A DNA stretch of 64,000 nt, taken from positions 194,327-258,326 of the forward strand of contig JBMORU010000001.1 of assembly GCA_049322215.1 (NCBI GenBank). Direction: 5' to 3'. Numbering within the stretch: position 1 is the stretch's first letter; each line of letters starts with the position of its first letter. Under the pieces are notes generated by a model. That model was not told where the DNA came from. It ran no database searches and was given only the letters and a program-made list of their open reading frames with translations. Below are positions 27,772 to 37,909 of this stretch, one piece after another. The translations under genes and the position numbers were made by a program. The DNA comes from Patescibacteria group bacterium (GTDB lineage: Bacteria; Patescibacteriota; WWE3; UBA101185; UBA10185).

Positions 27772-28233
27772 TTAGTAAACGTATTTACGCGAATCTTTTG
27801 CAGCTTTATCTAGCTCTTTTTTAACTTGACGTTCTTGTGCCACAATCTTTTTTTCGTGTTTTTTACGTCCTTTTACTATTGCGAATTCTAATTTTATCAG
27901 ATTATGTTTTAATAATAAAGCCAATGGAACCGCCGTTTTTCCTTTTTGACTCAACTCTCTTTGCAGTTTTTGTAATTCGTTTTTGGTTATTAAAATTTTT
28001 CTGCTTTTTCTAGAATCATTTTCATCGTAATTTTGACTTTGCTTTGAATACTTGCCAATATGCATATTCACCACATAGGGTTCGTTTTGTATTAAAGTTA
28101 TATAAGATCCGGTCATATTAACTTTACCTTCTTTAATAGCTTTAACCTCATAACCACGTAAAATAATCCCTGCCATAAATTTTTCAAGGATTTCGTGATT
28201 AAATGTAGCTTTTCTGTTTTTTGCTAATAACAT
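27772..28233 (-). CDS. smpB: SsrA-binding protein SmpB
   Basis: 153 aa; sequence (EILEKFMAGIILRGYEVKAIKEGKVNMTGSYI...KLEFAIVKGRKKHEKK) and C-terminal basic tail fit SmpB. Confidence 0.9.
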   Translation of the reverse strand: MLLAKNRKATFNHEILEKFMAGIILRGYEVKAIKEGKVNMTGSYITLIQNEPYVVNMHIGKYSKQSQNYDENDSRKSRKILITKNELQKLQRELSQKGKTAVPLALLLKHNLIKLEFAIVKGRKKHEKKIVAQERQVKKELDKAAKDSRKYVY

Positions 28234-28271
28234 AACGTTGAGAGTCTACAAAAAAGTAAGAATATAAGCAA

Positions 28272-30080
28272 TTATTCTGCTGTATTTTCTTCTTCTACCA
28301 AGGCAGTTTCGTATACTTTACTGCCACTTAATACATAAAGTTTAGTTTCATCTATAGAAACACCTATGCTTTTAATATCATTCCATAAAGGGGACTCTAA
28401 AACTCTTTCGGTAGCGCCATTTTTATTTAAAACAACAATACGATTATTGCCTTTATCTGCAATATACAAACTGTTTAAATCAACATTAGTAACAACTTGT
28501 ACAGGATTTGAAAAAGAAGTGTCTAAACCGGTTATTTCAAAAGTATCTTGAGCACCTTGTGTATAACTTAATAAAGAACCATCATTTTTTAAAACATAAA
28601 TGCTGCCGTCTATAGCCATTGACACAGCATTTTCTAAGTCACTGTCATTAGCCCATACTTCTGAGCTTAAGGTATCTGTTTCTTTTGTGTATTTTGTTAT
28701 TGTAGATCCCGAAATTCCATAAACAAATTCTAAATAAGTAGCAGCTAGTTCTAAGTTAGGTGCAGAGTAACTTTCGTTAACCGAATCAGCAGTTATGTCA
28801 TAAACTTTAAAACCTTCAGTATCTATTAAAGCTAAGTTTTCATCATAAAAACCTAACAAATTTATTCCTACAAAAGATGAATCGTTTTTAGCAAATTTAG
28901 GTGTTTCTAAAGCAGAAAAATATACTGCCCCCGTATTAGAATCAGCTACAACCACGTTATTTTCTAAAACAGCTATAGAAGTTGGCTCGGCAAAAGAGTC
29001 TGTAATTTTCACGTCGTAAAATAATTCGGTTATTTCATCAGAAACTAGCTGATCATCAACTGTGGTCTCCCCTGAGTTTTCAGCAGGGGCTAGACTAGCA
29101 GGATCTATAAAAGATGAGTTATTTGTAGCGTCATTTGATGCAGAATCATCGTTTAAAGACATGTAAGCCGAAACGCCTAACATTAAAGCTAGTACCGGAA
29201 TTAGCAAAATAAGCAAGTTTTTAAACTTGCGCGGTCTTTTAGATATAGGGGAATAATTAATGCCTCCAATTGGTGGAAAAGAAGATAAGTCGGCACTACT
29301 GGTATTTTGCTCTGGCAAAGGGTTTAACTCTTTTTTTGCAACTTTGCTTTTAAACCACTTTAACTTAGGCAGTTTAAACCTGGATTTTGAAGGTTTTACT
29401 ACCTCAGGATCAGCAGATGCACCAAAGTCTACCAATTCTTCATTAGAAAATTTAGTGTCAACAACAAATTTAAGTATTAAGGCTGCGGAATCTAAGGATA
29501 AATCTCCAGATAAAATTGGTTTATCTAAATTTAATAGCTTTTCAGGAGGATACTTAGTTACAAAAGCATTAGTTCCAATTACAGCTACATCATTGTCTTT
29601 TATTACACCCGAAGCTACAGAAAAATTACCCTCAGAGGCAACATTAATAGGCTTAATAGCACCATCTCTAACTAAAAAGCTACCACCATTACCATACTGA
29701 ACTAAGTATAAAACATTTCCCCAAAGTGCGGCTAACAAAATATTAAAGTTAAGGGGGATTTCTTGAGTTTTTGAAGATTCTCTTATTAAACGAGTTATAT
29801 TATCTCTTACAGCTACCGTGGCTTTTTCTAAAGACTGAATAGGTGAAATATTTTCGGAATGAAAATAGGTATCATGTAAAACATCATTAACCATTTTGGT
29901 AACCAACAGCGAATCTACCTCTAGTTCGCTACTAATATCAAACAGGGCATATAAAGTACCTTTTCTTTTAGCCAAAGTTGCATCGTCTGCTTCAATAACT
30001 AAAACATTAGAGGCAGTAGTTGTTTGAGGAGGCATTTTAGAAGTAAGTTTTTGTATTTTTGCTTTTAAACGCTTTTTCAT
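28272..30080 (-). CDS. hypothetical bitopic membrane protein: N-terminal cytoplasmic domain, one TM, C-terminal beta-propeller-like (NHL-type repeats) domain
   Basis: TM LLILLIPVLALMLGVSAYMSL at about aa 290; C-terminal repeats (LYIADKGNNRIVVLNKNG, IYVLKNDGSLLSY). Confidence 0.45.
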   Translation of the reverse strand: MKKRLKAKIQKLTSKMPPQTTTASNVLVIEADDATLAKRKGTLYALFDISSELEVDSLLVTKMVNDVLHDTYFHSENISPIQSLEKATVAVRDNITRLIRESSKTQEIPLNFNILLAALWGNVLYLVQYGNGGSFLVRDGAIKPINVASEGNFSVASGVIKDNDVAVIGTNAFVTKYPPEKLLNLDKPILSGDLSLDSAALILKFVVDTKFSNEELVDFGASADPEVVKPSKSRFKLPKLKWFKSKVAKKELNPLPEQNTSSADLSSFPPIGGINYSPISKRPRKFKNLLILLIPVLALMLGVSAYMSLNDDSASNDATNNSSFIDPASLAPAENSGETTVDDQLVSDEITELFYDVKITDSFAEPTSIAVLENNVVVADSNTGAVYFSALETPKFAKNDSSFVGINLLGFYDENLALIDTEGFKVYDITADSVNESYSAPNLELAATYLEFVYGISGSTITKYTKETDTLSSEVWANDSDLENAVSMAIDGSIYVLKNDGSLLSYTQGAQDTFEITGLDTSFSNPVQVVTNVDLNSLYIADKGNNRIVVLNKNGATERVLESPLWNDIKSIGVSIDETKLYVLSGSKVYETALVEEENTAE

Positions 30081-30310
30081 ATAAGTAACGTTAGGGCAAT
30101 AAGTAAAACAACGATAGCTCCAAGAAAATGTATATAAGCAGCTAATCTAAAAAAACCGCCGGCATTAGTTGTAAAGCTCTTTATCATGTTTGACACCTGA
30201 CGAGTCATTAAAAAAGCATAAAAAGCGTAAAAGGAACAAAGTATTATCATTAATACGCCAAATACTTTTGTTAACAATTCTCCCGTAACTAAAGTGGTTA
30301 AATCAATCAT
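30077..30310 (-). CDS. small hypothetical membrane protein
   Basis: 77 aa, two TM helices; overlaps neighbours by 4 and 8 nt, consistent with an operon. Confidence 0.3.
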   Translation of the reverse strand: MIDLTTLVTGELLTKVFGVLMIILCSFYAFYAFLMTRQVSNMIKSFTTNAGGFFRLAAYIHFLGAIVVLLIALTLLI

Positions 30311-30902
30311 TTTCTGGGCTAATTCGCAAATTTGATACTAGATCGGATATAACATCTTGTACACGTGAAGGGTCAGGCACTGCAATAAAATCAAACTCGC
30401 GGGTTTCACCCGCAGTTTGAATAATAACATCGCCATAGTGAAAAATTACTTGAGCTGCTCCACTAATTCTATTAGTTATGTCTTCAATATTCCTAATTGG
30501 TGCCTCAGATACGTTTCTATATAAAATTCCGTGGAAATCTACATCTATAATTTTTTTGTTGGTTACAATGTAAACGTTGTAGTACCAACCTAAAATATTT
30601 GTCAAAATAAAGCCAAAAGTAAACAAGTACCAAAAAGCTGTTATAGAAAAACCAACACGCGGAGAAATATAAACGTAAGGGTCTATTTTAGTCATTGCAA
30701 ATAAAACACTTAAAAGAACGGGAATTAGCAAAATAATGAATAATAAAAAAACCCAACCCAGGTTTGTAATTAAATGCTTTCTCAGAAGTAAAATAATCTG
30801 TTCGTCGGAGTCTTCACCATCAAAACAAATATTTGTAGGCTTTTCAATATATGAATACCCTTTCATGCCGATATTATAGCGAAATAGCGTGATTTTTTCC
30901 AC
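30303..30902 (-). CDS. membrane-flanked bacterial PH-domain (bPH_2/DUF304-like) protein
   Basis: Two TM helices (WVFLLFIILLIPVLLSVLFAM; FWYLFTFGFILTNILGWYY) followed by an about 90-aa soluble domain. Confidence 0.4.
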   Translation of the reverse strand: MEKITLFRYNIGMKGYSYIEKPTNICFDGEDSDEQIILLLRKHLITNLGWVFLLFIILLIPVLLSVLFAMTKIDPYVYISPRVGFSITAFWYLFTFGFILTNILGWYYNVYIVTNKKIIDVDFHGILYRNVSEAPIRNIEDITNRISGAAQVIFHYGDVIIQTAGETREFDFIAVPDPSRVQDVISDLVSNLRISPEND

Positions 30903-32118
30903 TTAATAATAAATAAGAAAAGAATATAGAAGTAAATAAAATTGAAAATGTTGGTAGCGCCATCCAAAACACTGCAAACATATAAATAAATAAAAACAGA
31001 AGCGTAGTTTTATTAAACTTTATGAGAGACGAAAAACTTGGTTTAGTGGAAGGCAAATAATTAAGTTTAAGCAGTAGTAAACTAGGAAACAACCATAACA
31101 TTAAGTCATAAGAATAAGCGTGTAGAGAAAGTAATAGTGTAAACACTGACGCAATCACAAATAATTCTTCTATATTTAGCTTTTTTCTACTAATCCAAAC
31201 CATTAAGTACACCAATAACACCAATACACTATTTAGAATAAATACATAATTTTTGTTGCCTAATAGTAAATTTAGAGAATGTTGCAATGTCACCAAAGAA
31301 GCAGGCTTACTATAGTAAATAATCTCTTCTGTTAAAAATATGTAATGCGGGTAATATAAAACAGCGTCTAGCCCAGACATGTATACACTTATCAAAAACA
31401 ATACAACACAGGACATAAAAAAACCAAAAGCAAAATGTAATTTCTTTGAAGTGTATAAAAAAATAAAAGGTACAAATATTACATATTGAGGTTTTATTAA
31501 AAGAAGTGCTGCGAAAGCACCACTCACTACTATATGATCCTTTTTTAAAAACAAATAAGTTAGAAATAGGCTAAAAACCATAAACATAGATACTTGCCCG
31601 CCAAACAACATTTGTGTAAACGGGATATACGAAAAACAAAGAAATAAAATAAAGAAAAAGTGATTTCCTTTAAAGAGAAAACTAGAAACCAAATAAGCAA
31701 AAATTATTAACAAGATTATGTTAAAAATTAAAAAAGCATAATAACTACTGTAGTAATTTGTTCCAATAAAGGGTATATAAATTAAACTTACAAAAGGAAG
31801 ACTTCTATAAGGCAAAACACCACTTCTTATTAAGGGAAAGGTAAGCTTATTTTGATAATTTAACTGAGTATTAAGATCATAAAGCAAACTGCCTTCTCCA
31901 GAGTTAATAATTTGTGCTCCTGATAAAAACTGGCCTAGGTCGGAAGCTTCGATAAAAAACGAGTGATGATAATAGCGATAAATTAACACTAAGGCAGACA
32001 ACAACGAAACAGAAATAATAAACAAAAAAATATAAGGAAAACGATTTTCAAGTTTTTTAAATGAAATTAAGTTGTTTACCATAAGTCTTTCCAAATATCT
32101 CATAAAAGAAGTCGACAT
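30874..32118 (-). CDS. polytopic membrane protein, possible GT-C-fold glycosyltransferase (DUF2029/GT87-like)
   Basis: 414 aa, at least 10 TM helices, Tyr/Phe-rich loops; family assignment tentative. Confidence 0.35.
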   Translation of the reverse strand: MSTSFMRYLERLMVNNLISFKKLENRFPYIFLFIISVSLLSALVLIYRYYHHSFFIEASDLGQFLSGAQIINSGEGSLLYDLNTQLNYQNKLTFPLIRSGVLPYRSLPFVSLIYIPFIGTNYYSSYYAFLIFNIILLIIFAYLVSSFLFKGNHFFFILFLCFSYIPFTQMLFGGQVSMFMVFSLFLTYLFLKKDHIVVSGAFAALLLIKPQYVIFVPFIFLYTSKKLHFAFGFFMSCVVLFLISVYMSGLDAVLYYPHYIFLTEEIIYYSKPASLVTLQHSLNLLLGNKNYVFILNSVLVLLVYLMVWISRKKLNIEELFVIASVFTLLLSLHAYSYDLMLWLFPSLLLLKLNYLPSTKPSFSSLIKFNKTTLLFLFIYMFAVFWMALPTFSILFTSIFFSYLLLSGKNHAISL

Positions 32119-32148
32119 GTAAAGAAAACAAGTATATATTTTGCTGTA

Positions 32149-33564
32149 ATGGTGGGAAATAAACTGAATGCATATATTAAAAATTATCTATATTTAGATT
32201 TGAGATCATTAGCCCTAGCACGCATAGGTATCGGGTTTATAATAATTTTTGACCTAGCAATAAGATATAGACAACTAGAGGATCACTATACAATAAACGG
32301 AGTAATGCCTAATTCAGTAAGACTAAAGGCATTAGCTAATCCATTATTTTCAATACATAATTTAAACGAGTCTGCTGCTTTTCAAACAATTCTTTTTATA
32401 GCAGCGGGTTTAGTAGCGTTTACTTTATTAGTAGGGTTTAAAACCAAAATTAGCACAATTGTATCTTGGCTACTTTTAGTGTCGCTGCAAAATAGAAATG
32501 AGCTAATTTTATTTGGTGGCGACATGCTTTTAGCAATGACCCTATTTTGGGGAATGTTTTTGCCCTGGGGAAAAAAGTTTTCTGTAGATGCTCTTAAAAA
32601 TAAAACTTCCGAAACAAAATATGTAGGAATTGCAGGCATCGGATTTATTCTGCAGGTGAGCTATTTATATATTTTATCTGCAATTTTTAAAACAAATGAA
32701 ATGTGGACTACCGAGGGAAGTGCTACCTACTACGCTTTAACCTCAAGAACGCCTCAAAAACCATGGGTAAATTTACTAATACCTCATGCGGATATTCTCC
32801 AAATAGCAACTTATTTAATATACGTTTTAGAACTAGTGGGGCCATTTTTTATATTTTTACCCATATTTAAAGATAAACTAAGATTTGCAGTAGTTAGTAG
32901 TTTAATTGCCCTACATGTTGGTTTAATATCATTCATGTTTTTATTATTCTTTCCTATTTTAAATATTACTGTGTTAATGGCATTGTTGCCTTCTATAGTT
33001 TGGAAACAAAAACCAGATACTAACAACTTTGTGCAAGACCAAAAATGGAAAAACATACTAGCATTTGCGTTTATAGCATTTTTTTATTATCTAAACTTAA
33101 ATTCGTTTAACAGTGCGTTAGCACCGAAACCACAAATAATAGCACAAGTAGAAAGAAACTTTAGACTAAGACAAAAATGGGTTATGTATGCAAGACCCCC
33201 ACATAGAAGCGAATGGGTTGTAGTTAAAGGTAAGACACAACAAGGCAATGATGTAGATTTAAAACAAGGTACTTTAGCAAATATTGACTACAGCAGACCA
33301 AAATATAGCTTTACACTTATACCTCAAAGAGGTTGGGTAAAATTTGAAGAAGTTTTAAAAAGAGACTTGTACCCCGGACAAATGGATTTATATACAAGAT
33401 TTTGGTGTGAGAAATGGAATAAAAACAATGAAGATAAAATTGAAACATTAGAGTTAATAAATGTTTATCAGGAATACGACGCCGCAACACAAAGTAATAG
33501 CGAAATAAAACAGGAGTTGCTAAAAACTACCGAGTGTAGTTTTAATACTTCTTTACAAGGATGA
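32149..33564 (+). CDS. HTTM-domain protein (vitamin K-dependent gamma-carboxylase-like fold)
   Basis: N-terminal LDLRSLALARIGIGFIIIFDLAIRY matches the signature opening of HTTM domains; about 8 TM helices then a soluble C-terminal domain. Confidence 0.6.
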   Translation: MVGNKLNAYIKNYLYLDLRSLALARIGIGFIIIFDLAIRYRQLEDHYTINGVMPNSVRLKALANPLFSIHNLNESAAFQTILFIAAGLVAFTLLVGFKTKISTIVSWLLLVSLQNRNELILFGGDMLLAMTLFWGMFLPWGKKFSVDALKNKTSETKYVGIAGIGFILQVSYLYILSAIFKTNEMWTTEGSATYYALTSRTPQKPWVNLLIPHADILQIATYLIYVLELVGPFFIFLPIFKDKLRFAVVSSLIALHVGLISFMFLLFFPILNITVLMALLPSIVWKQKPDTNNFVQDQKWKNILAFAFIAFFYYLNLNSFNSALAPKPQIIAQVERNFRLRQKWVMYARPPHRSEWVVVKGKTQQGNDVDLKQGTLANIDYSRPKYSFTLIPQRGWVKFEEVLKRDLYPGQMDLYTRFWCEKWNKNNEDKIETLELINVYQEYDAATQSNSEIKQELLKTTECSFNTSLQG

Positions 33565-34987
33565 TAGAAACATCGTCTAAATAAACGGTCTCCCAGTTTT
33601 TGCTAGTACGTAAGTAGGCAACAAGTGAAGAATTAGGTGTATGAATTATCCAATCAATGTTGTATTTCTCTAGTAAATCTAAATTATCTTTAGGAGATGT
33701 TTCTAAGTTTATATAATCTTCAAAAACCGACTCTCCGGTTTCGGTTCTCCACGAGGGCATGCGCCCATCAATAAATGTCTTGTGTGTTGGAAGTTGCCAA
33801 ATTAAAAAACCTCCCCACTGGTAATTGTTATACATATTTCCCGTTAGGGGAACTTCTTTCAAATAAGTGACAGCGTTATAAGGATAGTCTTTTTTTGCAG
33901 CCCAAACTCTTAGGTCTTTACTACCTGCCAAAACATCAGAATAGTTAAATATTCCATATAAAAACAAAAACCCAAAGAAAAACTTGATCACAAAAGATAG
34001 CTTTTTAGCAAAATACACACCTAACCTTCTAGCTAGCAAATTGTGCGCAAAGTAAAACATATCTAATAATGAAAAAACTGAAATAACCAAAAACAAACGA
34101 ATAAAGTATTGCGATCTAAGAGCTAACAAAGCGAAAAATACAGAAATAAGTAAATACCAGGTATTTTGTACACCTTTCTTTCTGTAAAAATTATAAAAAA
34201 CACATATTGAAATCATTAAATATAAAACAATTAAAACCAAATCCTTTGAAAAGCTTAAAGGGGTCCACTCACCAATATAAGTAAACTGAAAAGGATGTGT
34301 TTCTTTTAACAGGGTTAACCAAAGATTAATACCATAAGGATTTATAAAAGTAAGTAAAACGCCTAAGAATACAAAAAGCAAGTTAAAAACGTTTAATTTG
34401 CTAAAATTGCCTTTTTTCCAAAAAGCATAACTGTCAAATAAAACATAAGTTCCAAAAACAAATAGACCAAGTAAAAAATCGGCATGAACATTTGCCCAAA
34501 GCAAAAAAATCAATGGGGTTAAGAAAAAGTACTTTTGTTTGTAAAAAATTAAAAACATGATTAAAACCATTAACACTGTACTAAAACCCAACGGTCTTAC
34601 AGAAACATTAAATAAAGAAAGTAGCAAAAAATATAAAACGAGCACAAAAGATGAAATATACGTGGGATATGAACTCATAATATAAAAAATATAAGTAAAA
34701 GAGGCAGATATGATTAAACTAAAAACTAGGCTAATTAAAAAACTACCACCAAATGAAAAAAATAAGTGCATTAACACTTGTACCAACCAATAGGAATTTG
34801 CCCAATAATAATTTTGAAAAGTATAAGAAAATAAGTTATGTGACGGAACACTACCTGTTTCAGCTATTATTCTTCCAGATACTAAATGCCATCCAAAATC
34901 AGGGTCAAGAGGAAACTCAAGTAAAATAAATGTACCTAAAACAAATAATATGAAAAAGAATATCTTTTTATTCGCGTTTGAGTTCAT
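33542..34987 (-). CDS. polytopic membrane protein, possible GT-C-fold glycosyltransferase (GT39/ArnT-like)
   Basis: 481 aa, about 12 TM helices, early periplasmic loop DPDFGWHLVSGR; tentative. Confidence 0.35.
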   Translation of the reverse strand: MNSNANKKIFFFILFVLGTFILLEFPLDPDFGWHLVSGRIIAETGSVPSHNLFSYTFQNYYWANSYWLVQVLMHLFFSFGGSFLISLVFSLIISASFTYIFYIMSSYPTYISSFVLVLYFLLLSLFNVSVRPLGFSTVLMVLIMFLIFYKQKYFFLTPLIFLLWANVHADFLLGLFVFGTYVLFDSYAFWKKGNFSKLNVFNLLFVFLGVLLTFINPYGINLWLTLLKETHPFQFTYIGEWTPLSFSKDLVLIVLYLMISICVFYNFYRKKGVQNTWYLLISVFFALLALRSQYFIRLFLVISVFSLLDMFYFAHNLLARRLGVYFAKKLSFVIKFFFGFLFLYGIFNYSDVLAGSKDLRVWAAKKDYPYNAVTYLKEVPLTGNMYNNYQWGGFLIWQLPTHKTFIDGRMPSWRTETGESVFEDYINLETSPKDNLDLLEKYNIDWIIHTPNSSLVAYLRTSKNWETVYLDDVSIILVKKY

Positions 34988-36818
34988 ATAATCTGCTCTT
35001 TATAGCTATATAACCTGGGGCACGTAGATTAAACACTGTTTGAAATTCACTGCCATCTATGGAGACATCTCCTTTATCAGTTTTAAACGTTATTTTTGTA
35101 GTACGTCCGTTGTTGCCAATATCTACGTCGACATCACTAACTTTAGAATACTTGCCACCGTATTTATCAGCCTTTTCAGCCATTTCGTCCACAGAGTAAG
35201 GATCTCCTCCCCAGCAACTTGTTGTTACAGGGGTAATGTGTTTATCATCATCATTAGATCCTTTACGCCAAACTACCCAAGCATTTAAAATATCGGCCAT
35301 TTCTTTTTCATTTAGCCAAGGGGAAGATCTACCGCAGGAATCGCTATCGAACCTGGTTCCTTTTGTCCACCATGCCCAGTAAAACCACGGGGAACCTGCT
35401 TTTTTCTCGTACGCGTCTTTTGGCCAGCTACCACTTACATCCCAACCAACGCCATCATCTATATAGCCGCCTGTTGTAGAAGAATACATTGCGTGCGTAT
35501 CACCACCTATTATTTTTCCTTTAGTATCATCAACAGCTTTTTCCCATCGTTCTGGAGGATTATTAGCTTTACTCTTTAAAAACACCTGACAATTTTGGTT
35601 AGTACAAATAGATTTACCTGCTTTCACATAGCGATAAGCATATGTTCTTGCTGCAATAGCTTGTGCTTTTAGTGCATCTTCTGGCCAATCACTAGGCATT
35701 TCTGCAATTCCATATAAATAATACTGAAAGTCTAGTTCACCTTCACCATCAACTTTTACTTTACTTGGGAAATCGTCTGCTTTTTTAACATCATTTTTAT
35801 AATAAAACTTAATAATGTCTTCGTAGCTATCACCAGCTTCAGCACGACCTTTCGCGCCATACTGACTCATACCTCTATAGTGTGTATAAGCACCATAGCT
35901 AAAAGCTGCAAAGGCAGGGCTAAACGAAGGGCTAGGTACGCTCCAATCAGGAGATTCATAATCACCAACTGTTCCGTTTATATCTGCATTTTTTTGATTC
36001 AAAACCTCTTGCTGCTTGGCACTTAAACTTGCAATTTCTTCAGATAATGACTTTAACTCACCTTCATAGTCACCTTCTTTTTCTTCAATATTGCCCAACT
36101 CAGATTGAGCTAACACTTTTTCGCTGCTTAAGTTATCTCTAACTGCAAGTAAATTGGCCTGGGATTCTTCTAAATCTTGTTTTATTTCTTCGGCGGCTGC
36201 TTTATCTGTTTCAAAATTTGTAATTTCCGCATTTAAGATATCAATTAGCCTTAAAGCTTCCGAAGAAACCGCTTTATCAAACATGTAATTTACAGTGGCA
36301 TATTCAAAGCCATTTAAATTATTATTTTGCACATTTGCAGAAAGTATTATTTCTAAATCTGATAAAATTCCCTTTTGGTAATGAGACCTAATAACTTTAT
36401 TTCTTAATGCGGTTTTTTCTTCTAAGGATCCTCTTCTATCTGTCAAATTTTCCTCTATAACTGTTAATTCTTTAACTAAAGAATCTATACTTAGTTGGAG
36501 TGCATCGATTTCTGATTGTTTTATTGATAACTGGGAAGACAGAGTTGATATTTGCGAATTAACTGCATCTTTTTTATTTCTTAAATCGTTTAATTTAGAG
36601 CTTAATGATTGATATTCTTCTTCTTTTTCTTCCTTTTCTTCAGCATAACAAGCAGCTTTGTCGTCTAAATCACTAATGTTTTTACAAGGGTCTTCGGCAC
36701 TAACAGAAAAAGTAAACAAAACGAAAAATAGTGCTATGAAAACAATTAGGACTTGACTCTTAAAGGATGGGCACGGATAATTTTTACAAGACATACACTG
36801 GAAATTATAGCAAAACAA
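34968..36818 (-). CDS. SpoIID/LytB-domain protein with N-terminal signal/TM and long coiled-coil region
   Basis: C-terminal SpoIID-like motifs (GMSQYGAKGRAEAG, EALKAQAIAARTYAYRY); heptad-rich 60-300 region. Confidence 0.65.
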   Translation of the reverse strand: MFCYNFQCMSCKNYPCPSFKSQVLIVFIALFFVLFTFSVSAEDPCKNISDLDDKAACYAEEKEEKEEEYQSLSSKLNDLRNKKDAVNSQISTLSSQLSIKQSEIDALQLSIDSLVKELTVIEENLTDRRGSLEEKTALRNKVIRSHYQKGILSDLEIILSANVQNNNLNGFEYATVNYMFDKAVSSEALRLIDILNAEITNFETDKAAAEEIKQDLEESQANLLAVRDNLSSEKVLAQSELGNIEEKEGDYEGELKSLSEEIASLSAKQQEVLNQKNADINGTVGDYESPDWSVPSPSFSPAFAAFSYGAYTHYRGMSQYGAKGRAEAGDSYEDIIKFYYKNDVKKADDFPSKVKVDGEGELDFQYYLYGIAEMPSDWPEDALKAQAIAARTYAYRYVKAGKSICTNQNCQVFLKSKANNPPERWEKAVDDTKGKIIGGDTHAMYSSTTGGYIDDGVGWDVSGSWPKDAYEKKAGSPWFYWAWWTKGTRFDSDSCGRSSPWLNEKEMADILNAWVVWRKGSNDDDKHITPVTTSCWGGDPYSVDEMAEKADKYGGKYSKVSDVDVDIGNNGRTTKITFKTDKGDVSIDGSEFQTVFNLRAPGYIAIKSRLYELKRE

Positions 36819-37165
36819 TGCTTAAAACTATACGTAATAAAAAAACAATATTAGTTTCATTAGGTATTTACTATTTCAATACTCTATTACTTTTAATGCT
36901 TCCTCAACAAGCATATGCACAATGTACCGATCCTGATACATGCGATCTTGGCGATTTAATTAGATCGGTATATGATGTAGCACGCCCCCTAGCAATAATA
37001 TTTGGTTTTATAATGATATTGGTTGCGGGTTACAAAATAACTACAAGCCAAGGAGACCCTATGAAAGTAAAAGTAGCAAAAGAAGACATGTCTTCTGCTA
37101 TACTTGGTTTAATATTTGTGCTTATTGCTGTGGGATTTTTAAGAATGATACTAAATAATTTATAA
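36818..37165 (+). CDS. small secreted two-helix membrane protein, VirB2/TrbC-like pilin candidate (paralog 1 of 4)
   Basis: Signal peptide ending AYAQ; hydrophobic helix, conserved S/T-x-GDP-x-K-x-A core (SQGDPMKVKVA), second hydrophobic helix. ORF-track start 36767 trimmed to MLKTIRNKK. Confidence 0.45.
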   Translation: MLKTIRNKKTILVSLGIYYFNTLLLLMLPQQAYAQCTDPDTCDLGDLIRSVYDVARPLAIIFGFIMILVAGYKITTSQGDPMKVKVAKEDMSSAILGLIFVLIAVGFLRMILNNL

Positions 37166-37185
37166 AATAAAAGGAGGTGTAAAAA

Positions 37186-37518
37186 ATGATATTACAAGAT
37201 GTATATGCTCAAATACCAACCACGGTAGTACAACCTCAACCTTTAGGTGTTACTACTCTAGCTGATGCTTTTGGTATTGCGACCAACGTTATTTTAGGAG
37301 CAGGTGTAGCTTTAACAGTTATCTTCTTAATTTTAGGAGGTATAAAATACATGTCTGCTAAGGGAGATCAAAAGGCAGCTGTAGAAGCAAGAAGTGCTTT
37401 AACAAACGCAGTTATTGGATTTATCGTAGTTATTGGAGCTTTCACAATTAGAATTGTTGTAACTAGTGTTATCGGTGGTAATGAAAACGTTGCAATACAA
37501 GACGTTGTACCTAACTAA
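37186..37518 (+). CDS. VirB2/TrbC-like pilin candidate (paralog 2 of 4)
   Basis: AGGAGG RBS 9 nt upstream; same helix-KGDxKAA-helix architecture (MSAKGDQKAAVEA). Confidence 0.45.
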   Translation: MILQDVYAQIPTTVVQPQPLGVTTLADAFGIATNVILGAGVALTVIFLILGGIKYMSAKGDQKAAVEARSALTNAVIGFIVVIGAFTIRIVVTSVIGGNENVAIQDVVPN

Positions 37519-37591
37519 AGAAGACTTTTCGGGACCCTGGGAAACCAGGGTCTCATTCAACAGTTTTTAGTTTATTGAATTTAGGATTATC

Positions 37592-37909
37592 ATGGCAGTT
37601 TTTGCACAGTTTGATGAGCATTTGCCTTCGGGATGCGAAGGGTGTGATGCAATAGAAATAGGAGAAATATTAGCAGTAGGCGTAAACTTATTTATGGGTA
37701 TTGCTATTTCAATGTCAACCCTTGGAATGTTATATTCAGGGGTTAAATGGGTTATGTCAAAAGGAGACCCAAAAGCAGTTGCAAATGCCAGAACTTCTTT
37801 GGTTTATAGTATAATTGGTTTCATTTTAGGTATTGGAGCACTATCTTTGAAGGTAGTTGTATTCAACAATATTGGAGATCCAGGAATAGATGATGTACCA
37901 AACTTTTAA
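37592..37909 (+). CDS. VirB2/TrbC-like pilin candidate (paralog 3 of 4)
   Basis: Same architecture (MSKGDPKAVANA). Confidence 0.45.
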   Translation: MAVFAQFDEHLPSGCEGCDAIEIGEILAVGVNLFMGIAISMSTLGMLYSGVKWVMSKGDPKAVANARTSLVYSIIGFILGIGALSLKVVVFNNIGDPGIDDVPNF

